Of a stretch of 64,000 bases of DNA, positions 30,174-39,315 are shown piece by piece. Position 1 is the stretch's first letter; each line of letters begins with the position of its first letter. The notes below the pieces were generated by a model. It was not told the origin of the DNA, did no database searches, and was given only the letters and a program-made list of their open reading frames with translations. A program made the translations under genes and the position numbers. Origin of the DNA: an uncultured virus (IMG/VR IMGVR_UViG_3300029288_000094) (Duplodnaviria; Heunggongvirae; Uroviricota; Caudoviricetes); IMG/VR virus record IMGVR_UViG_3300029288_000094; one strand, written 5' to 3'.

Positions 30174-30377
30174 ATGGAGACGTTGATTGCGGGACTGAGC
30201 GGGGTTGCGATACCATTACTAATTGTCGTCATAGGATATTTGCGTAATATAAAAAAAGAATTTAGGGAACACGTTGACAAGATTTGTATGACAAATGAGA
30301 GGGATCATCAGGAAATATGGGAGCGGGTGAATCATCACTTGCACAACGGGAATGGCAGAGTTGTTATACCGGATTAG
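30174..30377 (+). CDS. Small membrane protein (holin-like/hypothetical)
   Basis: N-terminal TM helix; GGAGG RBS. Confidence 0.55.
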   Translation: METLIAGLSGVAIPLLIVVIGYLRNIKKEFREHVDKICMTNERDHQEIWERVNHHLHNGNGRVVIPD

Positions 30378-30543
30378 ACTCTATAAGTGCATGGGCTGCG
30401 GTAAGGTACGTATCCACGGAAAGTGGCGCTATCTTACCCCTGAGGAAGAAATGAAACTTGCTATGGAGCGGGTTGACTGGATACCACGGGAAAAGTGCGT
30501 GGGTTGTTATCAACTTGCTAACAACTCTGAAAATGAAAAGTAA
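30352..30543 (+). CDS. Small Zn-finger protein
   Basis: CMGC...CVGC. Confidence 0.5.
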   Translation: MAELLYRIRLYKCMGCGKVRIHGKWRYLTPEEEMKLAMERVDWIPREKCVGCYQLANNSENEK

Positions 30544-30556
30544 GGGAAGTTATAAA

Positions 30557-30577
30557 TAATCCCTTCACAGGGGATTA
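30557..30577 (+). terminator. Stem-loop near the end of the GC-richer island
   Basis: TAATCCCT-TCAC-AGGGGATTA. Confidence 0.4.
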
Positions 30578-30578
30578 A

Positions 30579-30731
30579 GGAGAAATAGGGGCAAAATTAG
30601 ATTGGTTTCGACTTGACCCGGTTGAAGCCCCACTACCACCACACATAGGTATGACACGGTTTATGATAGGTACAGGACAGACAATGATAATAAGCCCTAC
30701 AACGGGCGGGTGTACGGTAATAGTAGAATAA
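30579..30731 (+). pseudogene. Start-less reading-frame remnant (GEIGAKLDWFRLDPVEAPLPP...CTVIVE*)
   Basis: 50 open codons after an in-frame TAA; reads like the C-terminal end of a beta-sandwich protein. Confidence 0.35.
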
Positions 30732-30743
30732 GGAGATTATATT

Positions 30744-31487
30744 ATGCATAAGTATGGATGGCTGCCGGATAAAAAGGATTTTAGAGATTATATTTATAAA
30801 GCACCTTCTAAAGTTGTAGTACCGGGTAAGGTAGATTTACGTGCTTATCTTCCACCTGTAATGGATCAGTCCTCATTGGGAAGTTGTGTGTGGAACGCAT
30901 TAGGAAATGCCCATCTATACTGCCAGTTACGGCAAGAAGGGGGAGTGAACTTTATACCCTCAAGACTGTTTGGTTACTATAACTCAAGAGATTTTAAAAA
31001 TGAGGACACTGGTTGTTATATCAGAGATGCAGCTAAAAGTATAGGGAAAATAGGAGTATGCCCTGAAGCTATGTGGCCTTATGATATTTCCAAGTTTGCT
31101 AAAAAACCTCCTGCAAAATGTTATAAAGAAGCTGAGAAGCATCAAGCAGTGTCTTACTGGAGATTGAGTGAGAGCATAAAACAGTTACAGAAATGTTTAG
31201 CGGAAGGATTTCCTGTTGTGTTGGGTATATCTTTGTATGAATCATTTGAGTCTAATGAAGTAGCAAAGACTGGTGTTGTACCATTTCCAGAAGATGATGA
31301 ACACGACCTTGGAGGTCATGCAATTTTAGTAGTTGGTTATGATAATCAGAAAGCACAGTTTATCTGTATGAATTCTTGGGGAGAAGATTGGGGAGATAAA
31401 GGTTTCTTCTATATTGGTTTTGATTACATTCAAGAACTTTCTTCTGATTGGTGGACAATTAGATTAGTGGAGGAAGTAGATGTTTAA
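30744..31487 (+). CDS. Papain-like cysteine peptidase (family C1A)
   Basis: DQSSLGSC, GGHAILVVGY, NSWGEDWGDKGFF catalytic Q/C/H/N motifs. Confidence 0.9.
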   Translation: MHKYGWLPDKKDFRDYIYKAPSKVVVPGKVDLRAYLPPVMDQSSLGSCVWNALGNAHLYCQLRQEGGVNFIPSRLFGYYNSRDFKNEDTGCYIRDAAKSIGKIGVCPEAMWPYDISKFAKKPPAKCYKEAEKHQAVSYWRLSESIKQLQKCLAEGFPVVLGISLYESFESNEVAKTGVVPFPEDDEHDLGGHAILVVGYDNQKAQFICMNSWGEDWGDKGFFYIGFDYIQELSSDWWTIRLVEEVDV

Positions 31488-32016
31488 ATACAAAGAAGAA
31501 AATTTATCAGAAGATTTTATGTGTGGATGGCTAAGAGGGTTTTTTGACGGAGAAGGAAGTGCAATTTTTTTAACAAATAAAAAAGTTAGGTATAGGGTGT
31601 GTGTTTATAATACAGATTTAGGTATGATTAGATTAGCTATTAAGTATTTAGAACAATTAAATATAAAATGCGGAATTTTAAAAAGGAAAAATAAACAAAA
31701 AGAGTATTGGAAAGATGTTTATACTTTATCAATATCAAATTCTGAAAGTATTCTCATATTTTCAGATAAGATAGGATTTTTTTGTGAAAGTAAAAAGAAA
31801 AAATTAGAATCTATGGTATCTTGGATAAGAAGAGAAAGAACAAAATATAACATAAAAGAATTAAGAAGTTTATATTGGGAAAGTAATTTTTCTATAAGAC
31901 AAATTGCTAAAAAACTTAATTTAAAAAGTGGTAATTCTGTCAAACAGCTTTTTATAAGACATAATATCCCCATAAGAAAAAGAGAGGAGGCTGTAAAGAT
32001 TTATTATGGTAAATAG
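31480..32016 (+). CDS. Free-standing LAGLIDADG homing endonuclease-like protein
   Basis: WLRGFFDGEG motif; C-terminal HTH. Confidence 0.8.
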   Translation: MFKYKEENLSEDFMCGWLRGFFDGEGSAIFLTNKKVRYRVCVYNTDLGMIRLAIKYLEQLNIKCGILKRKNKQKEYWKDVYTLSISNSESILIFSDKIGFFCESKKKKLESMVSWIRRERTKYNIKELRSLYWESNFSIRQIAKKLNLKSGNSVKQLFIRHNIPIRKREEAVKIYYGK

Positions 32017-32407
32017 TAGAAAGATTGAAGATTTAGTTATCCCACTACAGACATTGTTTCATATGTTTAGGATGGCTGCTGATGAAGCAGGTATTAATTT
32101 TATTGTTACTTCAACTTATAGAGATGAAGAGTTTCAAATAGAGCTATATTCTCAGGGAAGAACCAAACCTGGAAAAATAGTAACTTGGACTAAATCGTCC
32201 AAACATACTGAAAGAAAAGCTTTTGATGTAGCAGTATTAAATGAGAATAACCAGCCTACCTGGAATTTGAAAGCGGATGTTGATAAGGACTCCGTCCCCG
32301 ACTACGAAGAGTTGGGTAGAATAGGAGAACACTTCGGTTTAACATGGGGGGGTTCTTGGAAGAAGAAGGATTACTGTCATTTTGAATTAAATGAAGAAGA
32401 AATCTGA
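32006..32407 (+). CDS. Endolysin, M15 family (L-Ala-D-Glu peptidase-like)
   Basis: YR..Q..LYSQGRT.PG.IVT, SKH...AFDV, WGGSW..DYCHFE. Confidence 0.88.
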   Translation: MVNSRKIEDLVIPLQTLFHMFRMAADEAGINFIVTSTYRDEEFQIELYSQGRTKPGKIVTWTKSSKHTERKAFDVAVLNENNQPTWNLKADVDKDSVPDYEELGRIGEHFGLTWGGSWKKKDYCHFELNEEEI

Positions 32408-32528
32408 GAGTAACAGGGAAGATTATTGTCCTTTTATTAAAAGAGATTGTACTAAATGTACATTTTACTGGGAGAAAGAGTGTTTATTAAAAAGAGAGTA
32501 TATTATCAGGAGTAAGAGCAATGGGTGA
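32391..32528 (+). CDS. Small Cys-rich hypothetical protein (45 aa, not in ORF track)
   Basis: MKKKSESNREDYCPFIKRDCTKCTFYWEKECLL... Confidence 0.45.
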   Translation: MKKKSESNREDYCPFIKRDCTKCTFYWEKECLLKREYIIRSKSNG

Positions 32529-32533
32529 GGACT

Positions 32534-32701
32534 GTGATAAGTATTTTTCTGTTATGTATTGTAGGTATTCTTGGGCTGATTATATATGAGAAGAACCAGA
32601 AGATTAAAAACCTTAACCAGAAATTACTTATTTCAGAAGGGAAGTATAACTTGTTATTAAAAAAGCTAAAAGAAAAGAAAAGACAACGTGAAACTAAATA
32701 A
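32534..32701 (+). CDS. TM + coiled-coil protein, i-spanin-like (55 aa, GTG start, not in ORF track)
   Basis: MISIFLLCIVGILGLIIYEKNQKIKNLNQKLL...; GAGG RBS; near the endolysin. Confidence 0.5.
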   Translation: MISIFLLCIVGILGLIIYEKNQKIKNLNQKLLISEGKYNLLLKKLKEKKRQRETK

Positions 32702-33062
32702 AAAACATTTTGATTATTTTAAAAAGAGATGTGAATATTGGATTAATTTTTGGGGATTAAAGGATTGGGATGTGAGATATAAATTTACTAAAACTGCTAC
32801 AGAGGATGCTGCTACTACACAAGCCCAACTTGTAGACCACTTGGCTTGGATAATATTAGATAATGAAGCAGATTGGGATGATAGTTCCAATGAATACTTG
32901 GATAAGGTGGCATTTCATGAGATAGATGAGATACGGCATACAAGAATTGAAAGTCTGGCAGGAGCTAGATTTATCGACCCTGCTATTATTAGGGAGGCTG
33001 TGCATGAATTAATAGTACAAGAAGAAAATGTAGTATTTAAACATAACAAGGAGGATTTATGA
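32688..33062 (+). CDS. Zincin/SprT-like protein with degenerate HExxH
   Basis: WGLKDWDV..., AFHEIDEIRH. Confidence 0.5.
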   Translation: MKLNKKHFDYFKKRCEYWINFWGLKDWDVRYKFTKTATEDAATTQAQLVDHLAWIILDNEADWDDSSNEYLDKVAFHEIDEIRHTRIESLAGARFIDPAIIREAVHELIVQEENVVFKHNKEDL

Positions 33063-33466
33063 AAAAGTATGTAAAGATTTCACTGTTATTTGTACTGCTT
33101 GTTTTTATTGTAGGATGTGCCCAAACTACATGGCAAGCAAAAGGAACTGCTGTATTTAAAGGAGCAGGTGTTACTCTTAAACAGGCAGATGAAGCATTTC
33201 AGAATTTAAAAGCTAAAGACCTTGTTACTTCTGACCAGATAGTAGCTTATAATAAGATATATGCTAAAGCATATGAATCTTATAAGTTAGCTGGTGAAGG
33301 TTGGAAACTGGCAATGAGAGCAGGAGATGAGGTAGAACAGAAGAAGTATATGGATTTATTCACTAACCATTTTAGTGATTTCCAAAATTTTGTAGCAGAA
33401 GTTGTCTCCTTTGTAAACAGTATTCTCGCTGGTGAAGGACTTAAAGCTAAAAAGGAGGTAAAGTAA
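33059..33466 (+). CDS. Lipoprotein
   Basis: Lipobox IVGC after a hydrophobic leader. Confidence 0.75.
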   Translation: MKKYVKISLLFVLLVFIVGCAQTTWQAKGTAVFKGAGVTLKQADEAFQNLKAKDLVTSDQIVAYNKIYAKAYESYKLAGEGWKLAMRAGDEVEQKKYMDLFTNHFSDFQNFVAEVVSFVNSILAGEGLKAKKEVK

Positions 33467-33467
33467 T

Positions 33468-33641
33468 ATGAGTTTAACTACTGAAACAATAGAAGTTATT
33501 GCTGCTTTAATTAAATCTGCTGTGAAACTTGGGATAGATATTTATGCTATTATAAAAGATGCAGGTCTTAATGATGCAGATGTAGAAGAGTTGTGTGCAA
33601 TGGTGGATGAAGCTGTTGCAGATTTAAGAAAACCTGAATAA
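33468..33641 (+). CDS. Small hypothetical protein (57 aa, not in ORF track)
   Basis: AGGAGG RBS; MSLTTETIEVIAALIKSAVKLGIDIY... Confidence 0.6.
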   Translation: MSLTTETIEVIAALIKSAVKLGIDIYAIIKDAGLNDADVEELCAMVDEAVADLRKPE

Positions 33642-33652
33642 GGAGGATAATT

Positions 33653-33862
33653 ATGGCTGAACAGGTAACAAAATCATTTGATACAGAAACAGTTAAGAAA
33701 ATTGTAAAAGGAGCATTTTATGCTGTAACACCAGCAGCAGCTATTGCATTACTGAACTATGTAGGAACTATACAGATAGATAATGCTACTCTTGCTGCTG
33801 TGGTTGCTTGGGCTGTTCCTTTCCTGATTAATGCAGTAAAAGAATGGTTTAAAGGGAAATGA
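33653..33862 (+). CDS. Holin-like membrane protein
   Basis: Two hydrophobic segments, basic C-terminus, lysis context. Confidence 0.6.
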   Translation: MAEQVTKSFDTETVKKIVKGAFYAVTPAAAIALLNYVGTIQIDNATLAAVVAWAVPFLINAVKEWFKGK

Positions 33863-34206
33863 AGTACCTATCTATTTTAGTTATATGTTTTACATTACTT
33901 TTCTTTTTATCTGCGTGTAAAGAAGAAACTGTCTCAGTTCCAATTACAGCTACTTGGACTCAGGAGATACCAGATGTTTCTGTATTTGGTGGGTGGGAGA
34001 TTTATATAGCTAACTCTGAAAAAGGGACTTACTCATTGGTAGTTAAAGTACCATTTACAGAAGTTTCTGAGGTATATTCTTATACACAAGTGATACAAGT
34101 TCCTGAAAATACAAATTCAAAAAGATGGTTTAAGATGAAAGCTTATGACAAAGATGGAAAGAAAAGTGAATGGAGTAATGCATTTTATTTATTAATACAA
34201 ACCTAG
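33859..34206 (+). CDS. Lipoprotein with Fn3-like domain
   Basis: Lipobox LSAC; TW...GWEIY...FKMKAYD..G..SEWSN. Confidence 0.7.
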   Translation: MKYLSILVICFTLLFFLSACKEETVSVPITATWTQEIPDVSVFGGWEIYIANSEKGTYSLVVKVPFTEVSEVYSYTQVIQVPENTNSKRWFKMKAYDKDGKKSEWSNAFYLLIQT

Positions 34207-34215
34207 GAGGGTTTT

Positions 34216-34605
34216 ATGAAAAAGTTATTTTGGTTAATGTTTATTGTTTTAAGTATGATGTTTAGTACAGTTGCTATAGCTGCTGATGTTCCTACTACTT
34301 GGGGGTGGCAGGATGAAAATGTGGCTGGGTCTGTTGCAAGCTGGAATCTTTATAGTGCTCCAAGTGCTACTGGACCCTGGACACTAGAGAAGAACCAACC
34401 TTATTATGATAAAGGAGCAGAAACTTTGTATAAAACTTCTGATGCTGTTACTGTCGCAGATAATGCTCAGACTACTGTGTGGTTTAAAGCAAATACGGTG
34501 GGAACCAATGGGTTGACTAGTGTTGACTCAAATATAATTTCTTTTACCTATGATACGAGAGTTACACCTATTGCACCAGTAATAATTAATATTACTACTC
34601 CGTAG
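34216..34605 (+). CDS. Secreted Fn3-like protein
   Basis: Signal peptide ending AIAA; W..SWNLY..GPWT..WFKA..GLTSVDSN. Confidence 0.7.
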   Translation: MKKLFWLMFIVLSMMFSTVAIAADVPTTWGWQDENVAGSVASWNLYSAPSATGPWTLEKNQPYYDKGAETLYKTSDAVTVADNAQTTVWFKANTVGTNGLTSVDSNIISFTYDTRVTPIAPVIINITTP

Positions 34606-34613
34606 AAAGTGTT

Positions 34614-34811
34614 TCACTGGCCCAGTACTCCCCCCACTGGGCCAGCTTCTTTGTATTCAAATTTTACTTCCTGTTTATCCTTTCCAACAAACACAGAAAC
34701 AGCATTCTGCTTAATCATTCTAATACCTTCATTGGTACTGTCTACCATTTCTATATGTTTTAAGAATCTTGCCAACTCAAGCATTTCTTGTTTATTAAGG
34801 ATTAAATTCAT
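34614..34811 (-). CDS. Hypothetical protein
   Basis: ORF overlapping the upstream gene. Confidence 0.5.
   Translation of the reverse strand: MNLILNKQEMLELARFLKHIEMVDSTNEGIRMIKQNAVSVFVGKDKQEVKFEYKEAGPVGGVLGQ
34617..34645. terminator. Probable bidirectional terminator at the convergence of the two arms
   Basis: CTGGCCCAGT-9 nt-ACTGGGCCAG perfect 10-bp stem followed by CTTCTTTGTATT on +. Confidence 0.65.
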
Positions 34812-35367
34812 AAACTACCTTGCACACATCTATTAAATTTTGTGCTAAGTATAAATCCCTCTCAAACTTTATAGGCCACACACCAAAAGTTTTATGTGTT
34901 GTGTTTACCTTAATCCTTGCTGCATTTAAACAATCTACAGAGAACTCATGACAATAGAACTTAGTTTCATCTTTAAATGTGAAGTCATATTGAGTTTTAT
35001 TTTGGACATGCCATATGGCTTTATTCACAGCAAAATACCATAAGTCATTTTCATAAGGAGGTCTCAAAATAATAAATCTATCGGTATCTTTTATGAAATC
35101 TATAGGGTGTATAGATTGTACGCCCTCTGCAATAGAATGTACCATTTCTCTTTTGTTAAGTACAATTCCACTATGTGTATAATCGCCAGGAATAAAATAG
35201 CTATCCAAATAATAGTTATACCCCCTACAAATAATGTCCCCAGCTTTTATAATTTCTAACATATCCTCAATATGTTTAGCCTTACATAAGGGAGGTTCTG
35301 TTGCATAATATAAATCACCAAACCACGTCAAAAAAGCTTTATACCTAGCATAAATTTCAGGTCTCAT
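34795..35367 (-). CDS. Permuted NlpC/P60 (YiiX-like) papain-fold enzyme
   Basis: AGDII, YTHSGI, YDFTF..KFYCHE. Confidence 0.75.
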   Translation of the reverse strand: MRPEIYARYKAFLTWFGDLYYATEPPLCKAKHIEDMLEIIKAGDIICRGYNYYLDSYFIPGDYTHSGIVLNKREMVHSIAEGVQSIHPIDFIKDTDRFIILRPPYENDLWYFAVNKAIWHVQNKTQYDFTFKDETKFYCHEFSVDCLNAARIKVNTTHKTFGVWPIKFERDLYLAQNLIDVCKVVYEFNP

Positions 35368-35371
35368 TTTT

Positions 35372-36367
35372 TTATCCTAATAAAGTTTTTTCTTTTACTG
35401 CCAATTTCATATCTTCATCAATCATTATATCTATAAGTTCGTTAAAACTTACTTTAGGAATCCAACCAAGATTTCTTTTAGCTTTACTATAATCTCCAAG
35501 CAATATGTCTACTTCAGTTGGACGGAAGTATTTTTTATCAACCTCAACATAATCATGATAATCTAAGTTTAACTTATCAAATACTCTTTCTAAAAATTCA
35601 TCTACTGAATGGGTTTCTCCAGTAGCTATGATATAATCATCTGGAATATCTTGTTGTAACATTAACCACATTGCCTCTACATAGTCTTTAGCATATCCCC
35701 AATCTCTTTTTGCTTTTGTATTTCCCAAATAAAGTTTTTCTTGTAATCCTAACTTAATACGTGTTGCTGCCCTAGTAATTTTTCTAGTAACAAAAGTTTC
35801 TCCACGTCTTGGGGACTCATGATTGAAAAGGATTCCATTACATGAAAATATATTATACGCAGCACGATAATTATTCACCATATAATAAGAGTAAACTTTT
35901 GATACAGCATATGGACTTTGTGGTTTAAAAGGAGTATTCTCTGACTGTGGTGGAATAGCTGAACCAAACATTTCACTAGAAGAAGCCTGATAGAATTTTG
36001 TTTTTATTTTCAATTTACGCACTGCTTCAAGAATACGTAAAGTTCCTAATCCAGTAATATCACTAGTATATTCAGGAATATCAAAGCTAACACGTACATG
36101 ACTCTGTGCTCCTAAGTTATAAATCTCATCTGGATTTATTGAGTATAATAAGTCTGTTAAATTTCCTGATACTGATAAGTCTCCATAATGTAGGTATATA
36201 TGAGAATTCTCATCATGAAAATCCTTATATAAGTGGTCTATCCTTTCAGTATTAAAAGTACTGGCTCTACGTATTAGACCATGAACTTCATACCCTTTAG
36301 AAAGCAAAAGTTCAGCTAAGTAAGAGCCATCTTGTCCTGTAATACCTGTTATAAAAGCACGTTTCAT
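35372..36367 (-). CDS. gmd: GDP-mannose 4,6-dehydratase
   Basis: [57 protein letters not shown]. Confidence 0.97.
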   Translation of the reverse strand: MKRAFITGITGQDGSYLAELLLSKGYEVHGLIRRASTFNTERIDHLYKDFHDENSHIYLHYGDLSVSGNLTDLLYSINPDEIYNLGAQSHVRVSFDIPEYTSDITGLGTLRILEAVRKLKIKTKFYQASSSEMFGSAIPPQSENTPFKPQSPYAVSKVYSYYMVNNYRAAYNIFSCNGILFNHESPRRGETFVTRKITRAATRIKLGLQEKLYLGNTKAKRDWGYAKDYVEAMWLMLQQDIPDDYIIATGETHSVDEFLERVFDKLNLDYHDYVEVDKKYFRPTEVDILLGDYSKAKRNLGWIPKVSFNELIDIMIDEDMKLAVKEKTLLG

Positions 36368-36657
36368 TTCTTTTCCTGTGCCTTCAGTTGTCCTTTAGCA
36401 TTTTCTAAATCAGATTGTAATTGTCTTCTTTCTTCTTTTACTGAAACATCACATTTAACTATACTACACCTATCATCTATCTTCCAGATTCTATCTTGGA
36501 TTGACTTTACTTGGTCTGATTTGATTTTATAATCAAGACGCTGTTCTATCTGCTTAACCTGTTGTGCAGAAGCATAATGGGAGTCCAACCAAAAATATCC
36601 ACCAAAACATAAACTAATCAATGTTATTACTGAAATAATTGACGGTATTAGTTTCAT
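36364..36657 (-). CDS. Small membrane-anchored coiled-coil protein
   Basis: N-terminal TM helix; sits between fcl and gmd. Confidence 0.6.
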   Translation of the reverse strand: MKLIPSIISVITLISLCFGGYFWLDSHYASAQQVKQIEQRLDYKIKSDQVKSIQDRIWKIDDRCSIVKCDVSVKEERRQLQSDLENAKGQLKAQEKK

Positions 36658-37597
36658 AGTACCACCTTATAGTTTTTTTCAATCCTTTCCTCAAAGGAAT
36701 TTTATATTTCCACCCTAATTTTTCTAATCTAGAAGTATCTAGTTTCTTTTCTGGTGTACCGTTAGGAGAGAAATCGTCCCATATGATATTGTCATATTTA
36801 AATAATTCACAAAGTAACCATACTAATTCTTCTATATACACATACTCATTGCATCCTATATTTATTATTTCAGAAGAATTATAATTGTTCATAAGAAAAA
36901 TAAGTGCTTCAGCCAAATCTTCAGAATAAAGAAATTCTCTTTTAGCAGAGCCGTTCCCTAGTATTGTAACTGGCTTACCTTCCTTTTTAGCTTCTGCAAA
37001 TTTTGCAATAAGTGCTCCAATAACATGTCCATTTTGGATATCAAAATTATCTCTTGGTCCATAAATATTTGTAGGCATTACAGAGATGAAATTTGTTCCA
37101 TATTGTTTATTATATGCTTGGCACATTTTAATACCAGCTATCTTAGCTATTGCATATGCTTCATTTGTTGGTTCTAATGTATTTGAAAGTAGATAACTCT
37201 CCTTCATTGGTTGTGGACAACTTCTTGGATATATACAAGATGACCCTAGAAAAAGTAATTTCTTCGCACCATAGATATGTGCAGCTTCTATTACATTAGT
37301 TTGTATTTGAAGGTTTTCCCTAATAAAATCTGCTGGGTAGTTATTATTAGCAGAAATCCCACCTACTTTAGCAGCACACAGGAAAACATATTCAGGGAAG
37401 TGAGTATAAAAAAAGTCATCTACATGATCTTGTAGGGTTAAATCAAACTTATCTATCTCACTCCAAGAATTTATATATGTTTCCCCATGTTTAGCAGTTA
37501 TAATATTAGTATAGCCCTGTTCTTGTAATTTGAGAAGTAGGGCAGAGCCTACCAGTCCGGTATGCCCTGCCACATATATTCTACTATCTTTATTCAC
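36614..37597 (-). CDS. fcl: GDP-L-fucose synthase (epimerase-reductase)
   Basis: GHTGLVGS, AAKVGGI, LGSSCIYP, LEPTNEAYAIAK, MPTNIYGP.DNF, HV, REFL. Confidence 0.93.
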   Translation of the reverse strand: MNKDSRIYVAGHTGLVGSALLLKLQEQGYTNIITAKHGETYINSWSEIDKFDLTLQDHVDDFFYTHFPEYVFLCAAKVGGISANNNYPADFIRENLQIQTNVIEAAHIYGAKKLLFLGSSCIYPRSCPQPMKESYLLSNTLEPTNEAYAIAKIAGIKMCQAYNKQYGTNFISVMPTNIYGPRDNFDIQNGHVIGALIAKFAEAKKEGKPVTILGNGSAKREFLYSEDLAEALIFLMNNYNSSEIINIGCNEYVYIEELVWLLCELFKYDNIIWDDFSPNGTPEKKLDTSRLEKLGWKYKIPLRKGLKKTIRWYYETNTVNYFSNNID

Positions 37598-37880
37598 AGC
37601 TTTCCACCTGTTCCATAAATTTTACTTTATTCAACAAGAAAAATGTTTTATCACGTTTCTGGTCTTCAATTATAGCTGAAGACCCGCCAATAACAGTTAT
37701 TTCTCCACAAGTTCTTCTACTTGCTATCACTACTTTCCATAACCCTGGAAGTTGTACTGCATCACTACAATTACAAATACAATCAGGTGTGGGAGGTCTA
37801 TAACAAGAAGTGCTTTCAGTAGCAAATGAGACACCAACCACACATAAAATTAAAACTAATCCAATAATAATATTTTTCAT
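37590..37880 (-). CDS. Secreted Cys-rich hypothetical protein
   Basis: Signal peptide ending VSFA. Confidence 0.55.
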   Translation of the reverse strand: MKNIIIGLVLILCVVGVSFATESTSCYRPPTPDCICNCSDAVQLPGLWKVVIASRRTCGEITVIGGSSAIIEDQKRDKTFFLLNKVKFMEQVESCE

Positions 37881-37894
37881 AATTCTCTCCTTCT

Positions 37895-38518
37895 CTATTT
37901 AATTCTTTTATTTTGTGCTTCTCTTCTTTTTTCTGTCCAAGGAACACCTTTTAATTTTTCACTTATCTTCTTTCTTGTTTCTTCTCTAATATTTTTACCT
38001 GTATTTTTTATTTTATTAGCTTCGCCTATTTTCCTTTTAGCTTCCTCTGTGTGTTTGTAACCTCTATTTCCTAAATTCCTTTTATTTCCAACCAAAGATT
38101 GGCTTATTAATTTTTTATGTTCTTTACTTAATTTACTTCCAATTTTAGATTCACTAATCTTCTTTTTTGTTTCTTTAGTATGGGGTACCCCCAACATTGT
38201 ATTAACACATTCCACTCTTATATTATAGATTTTACCTTTTTCTCTATAATAATCAACCCAATACTGTTCTCTCTCAATTAATTTTTCCACTGGACATTTT
38301 TCAATAATATAGAATTTAAAAGATTTTTCACCATACTTACTCCAAGACCTCTGAAGATGTTTATTAAAATGTTGTTTTTTATATAACATATTTTTATGAT
38401 ATATAATTCTATTTTTGATATTAATACTACTACCAATATATGCCCTATAGGTAATTAAATTTTTAATCATATAAACCCCTATCATACGGGTCAGAGCGTC
38501 ACTGAAATATCTACCCAA
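37895..38518 (-). CDS. GIY-YIG homing endonuclease with NUMOD3 repeats
   Basis: GVYMI...YIGSS..R..H; HTKETKKKIS, HTEEAKRKI repeats. Confidence 0.9.
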   Translation of the reverse strand: MGRYFSDALTRMIGVYMIKNLITYRAYIGSSINIKNRIIYHKNMLYKKQHFNKHLQRSWSKYGEKSFKFYIIEKCPVEKLIEREQYWVDYYREKGKIYNIRVECVNTMLGVPHTKETKKKISESKIGSKLSKEHKKLISQSLVGNKRNLGNRGYKHTEEAKRKIGEANKIKNTGKNIREETRKKISEKLKGVPWTEKRREAQNKRIK

Positions 38519-39312
38519 TCACCATTGGGTTTTATATTAATTGTAGCTCCCCCTATTCTTGAAGGTGGAAATCCCATAGTCTCTTCCCAAGTTGTAGTAC
38601 TATCTACACTTAGGGATTTCTTATAAGAGCCACAAATAACCAAAACTTTAGGTTTACTAATAAGCCTATTTCCAGCAATTCCAAGCCTTGGAACTTCGTC
38701 AAATTGTAATTTGTGGGTATGTCCATAGATGAACACATCAGCATCATAGTAGGACATATCTTTGGAAAACTTTGTTAAATCTGCTCCTTGGGTTCTGCTT
38801 CCCCCACCATAACCATGATGTCCTTTAATAAGAACTGTTCTTCCTCTCCCTTCTTTTTCTCTCATAGTAAGTTTGTAAAAGTAAGAATACCCAAGATAAG
38901 GTATTTTATCCTTATCCTCTTTTCCAATATTCAACTTCTCACAAAGTCTCTTAATTGGGTTAGTAGCATACTTCCTAACAATAACATCTTCATGATTTCC
39001 AATACCTAAACCAAGTATTCTATCTTTGTAAGGTTTTAAGATTTCATATATTCCATTAACTTGGTCATCTATTATTTCCTCTCCACCAAAAGCATCTATA
39101 GTCTTTCTGTATCTTGGGTCTATAACTATGATAGAATCAAGAAAATCCCCACCCCCTATAAAGTAAGTTTTATCATCTGAATCCTCTAAGAACTTTTTGA
39201 AAGCATGAACATCACAAAGAGTATGACCATAATGAACATCAAATATAGGTTTAATTTTTATCACATCAGAATACTTATAATTTATCTTTTTTTCAAAACA
39301 AGTCTTGTTCAT
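38491..39312 (-). CDS. Calcineurin-like metallophosphoesterase
   Basis: DVHYG, GGDFLD, GNHE, HHG, GHTH. Confidence 0.88.
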   Translation of the reverse strand: MNKTCFEKKINYKYSDVIKIKPIFDVHYGHTLCDVHAFKKFLEDSDDKTYFIGGGDFLDSIIVIDPRYRKTIDAFGGEEIIDDQVNGIYEILKPYKDRILGLGIGNHEDVIVRKYATNPIKRLCEKLNIGKEDKDKIPYLGYSYFYKLTMREKEGRGRTVLIKGHHGYGGGSRTQGADLTKFSKDMSYYDADVFIYGHTHKLQFDEVPRLGIAGNRLISKPKVLVICGSYKKSLSVDSTTTWEETMGFPPSRIGGATINIKPNGDWVDISVTL

Positions 39313-39315
39313 GTG

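Noticed and set aside
30588..30638. tmRNA/tRNA-like sequence (GGGGC...GGTTTCGAC...GCCCC...ACCA)
   Set aside because: Only ~50 nt, with no proper T-arm or tag frame; better explained as part of a remnant reading frame
22962..30731. Diversity-generating retroelement or invertible fibre cassette
   Set aside because: No reverse transcriptase, invertase, or TR/VR repeat pair seen in the window
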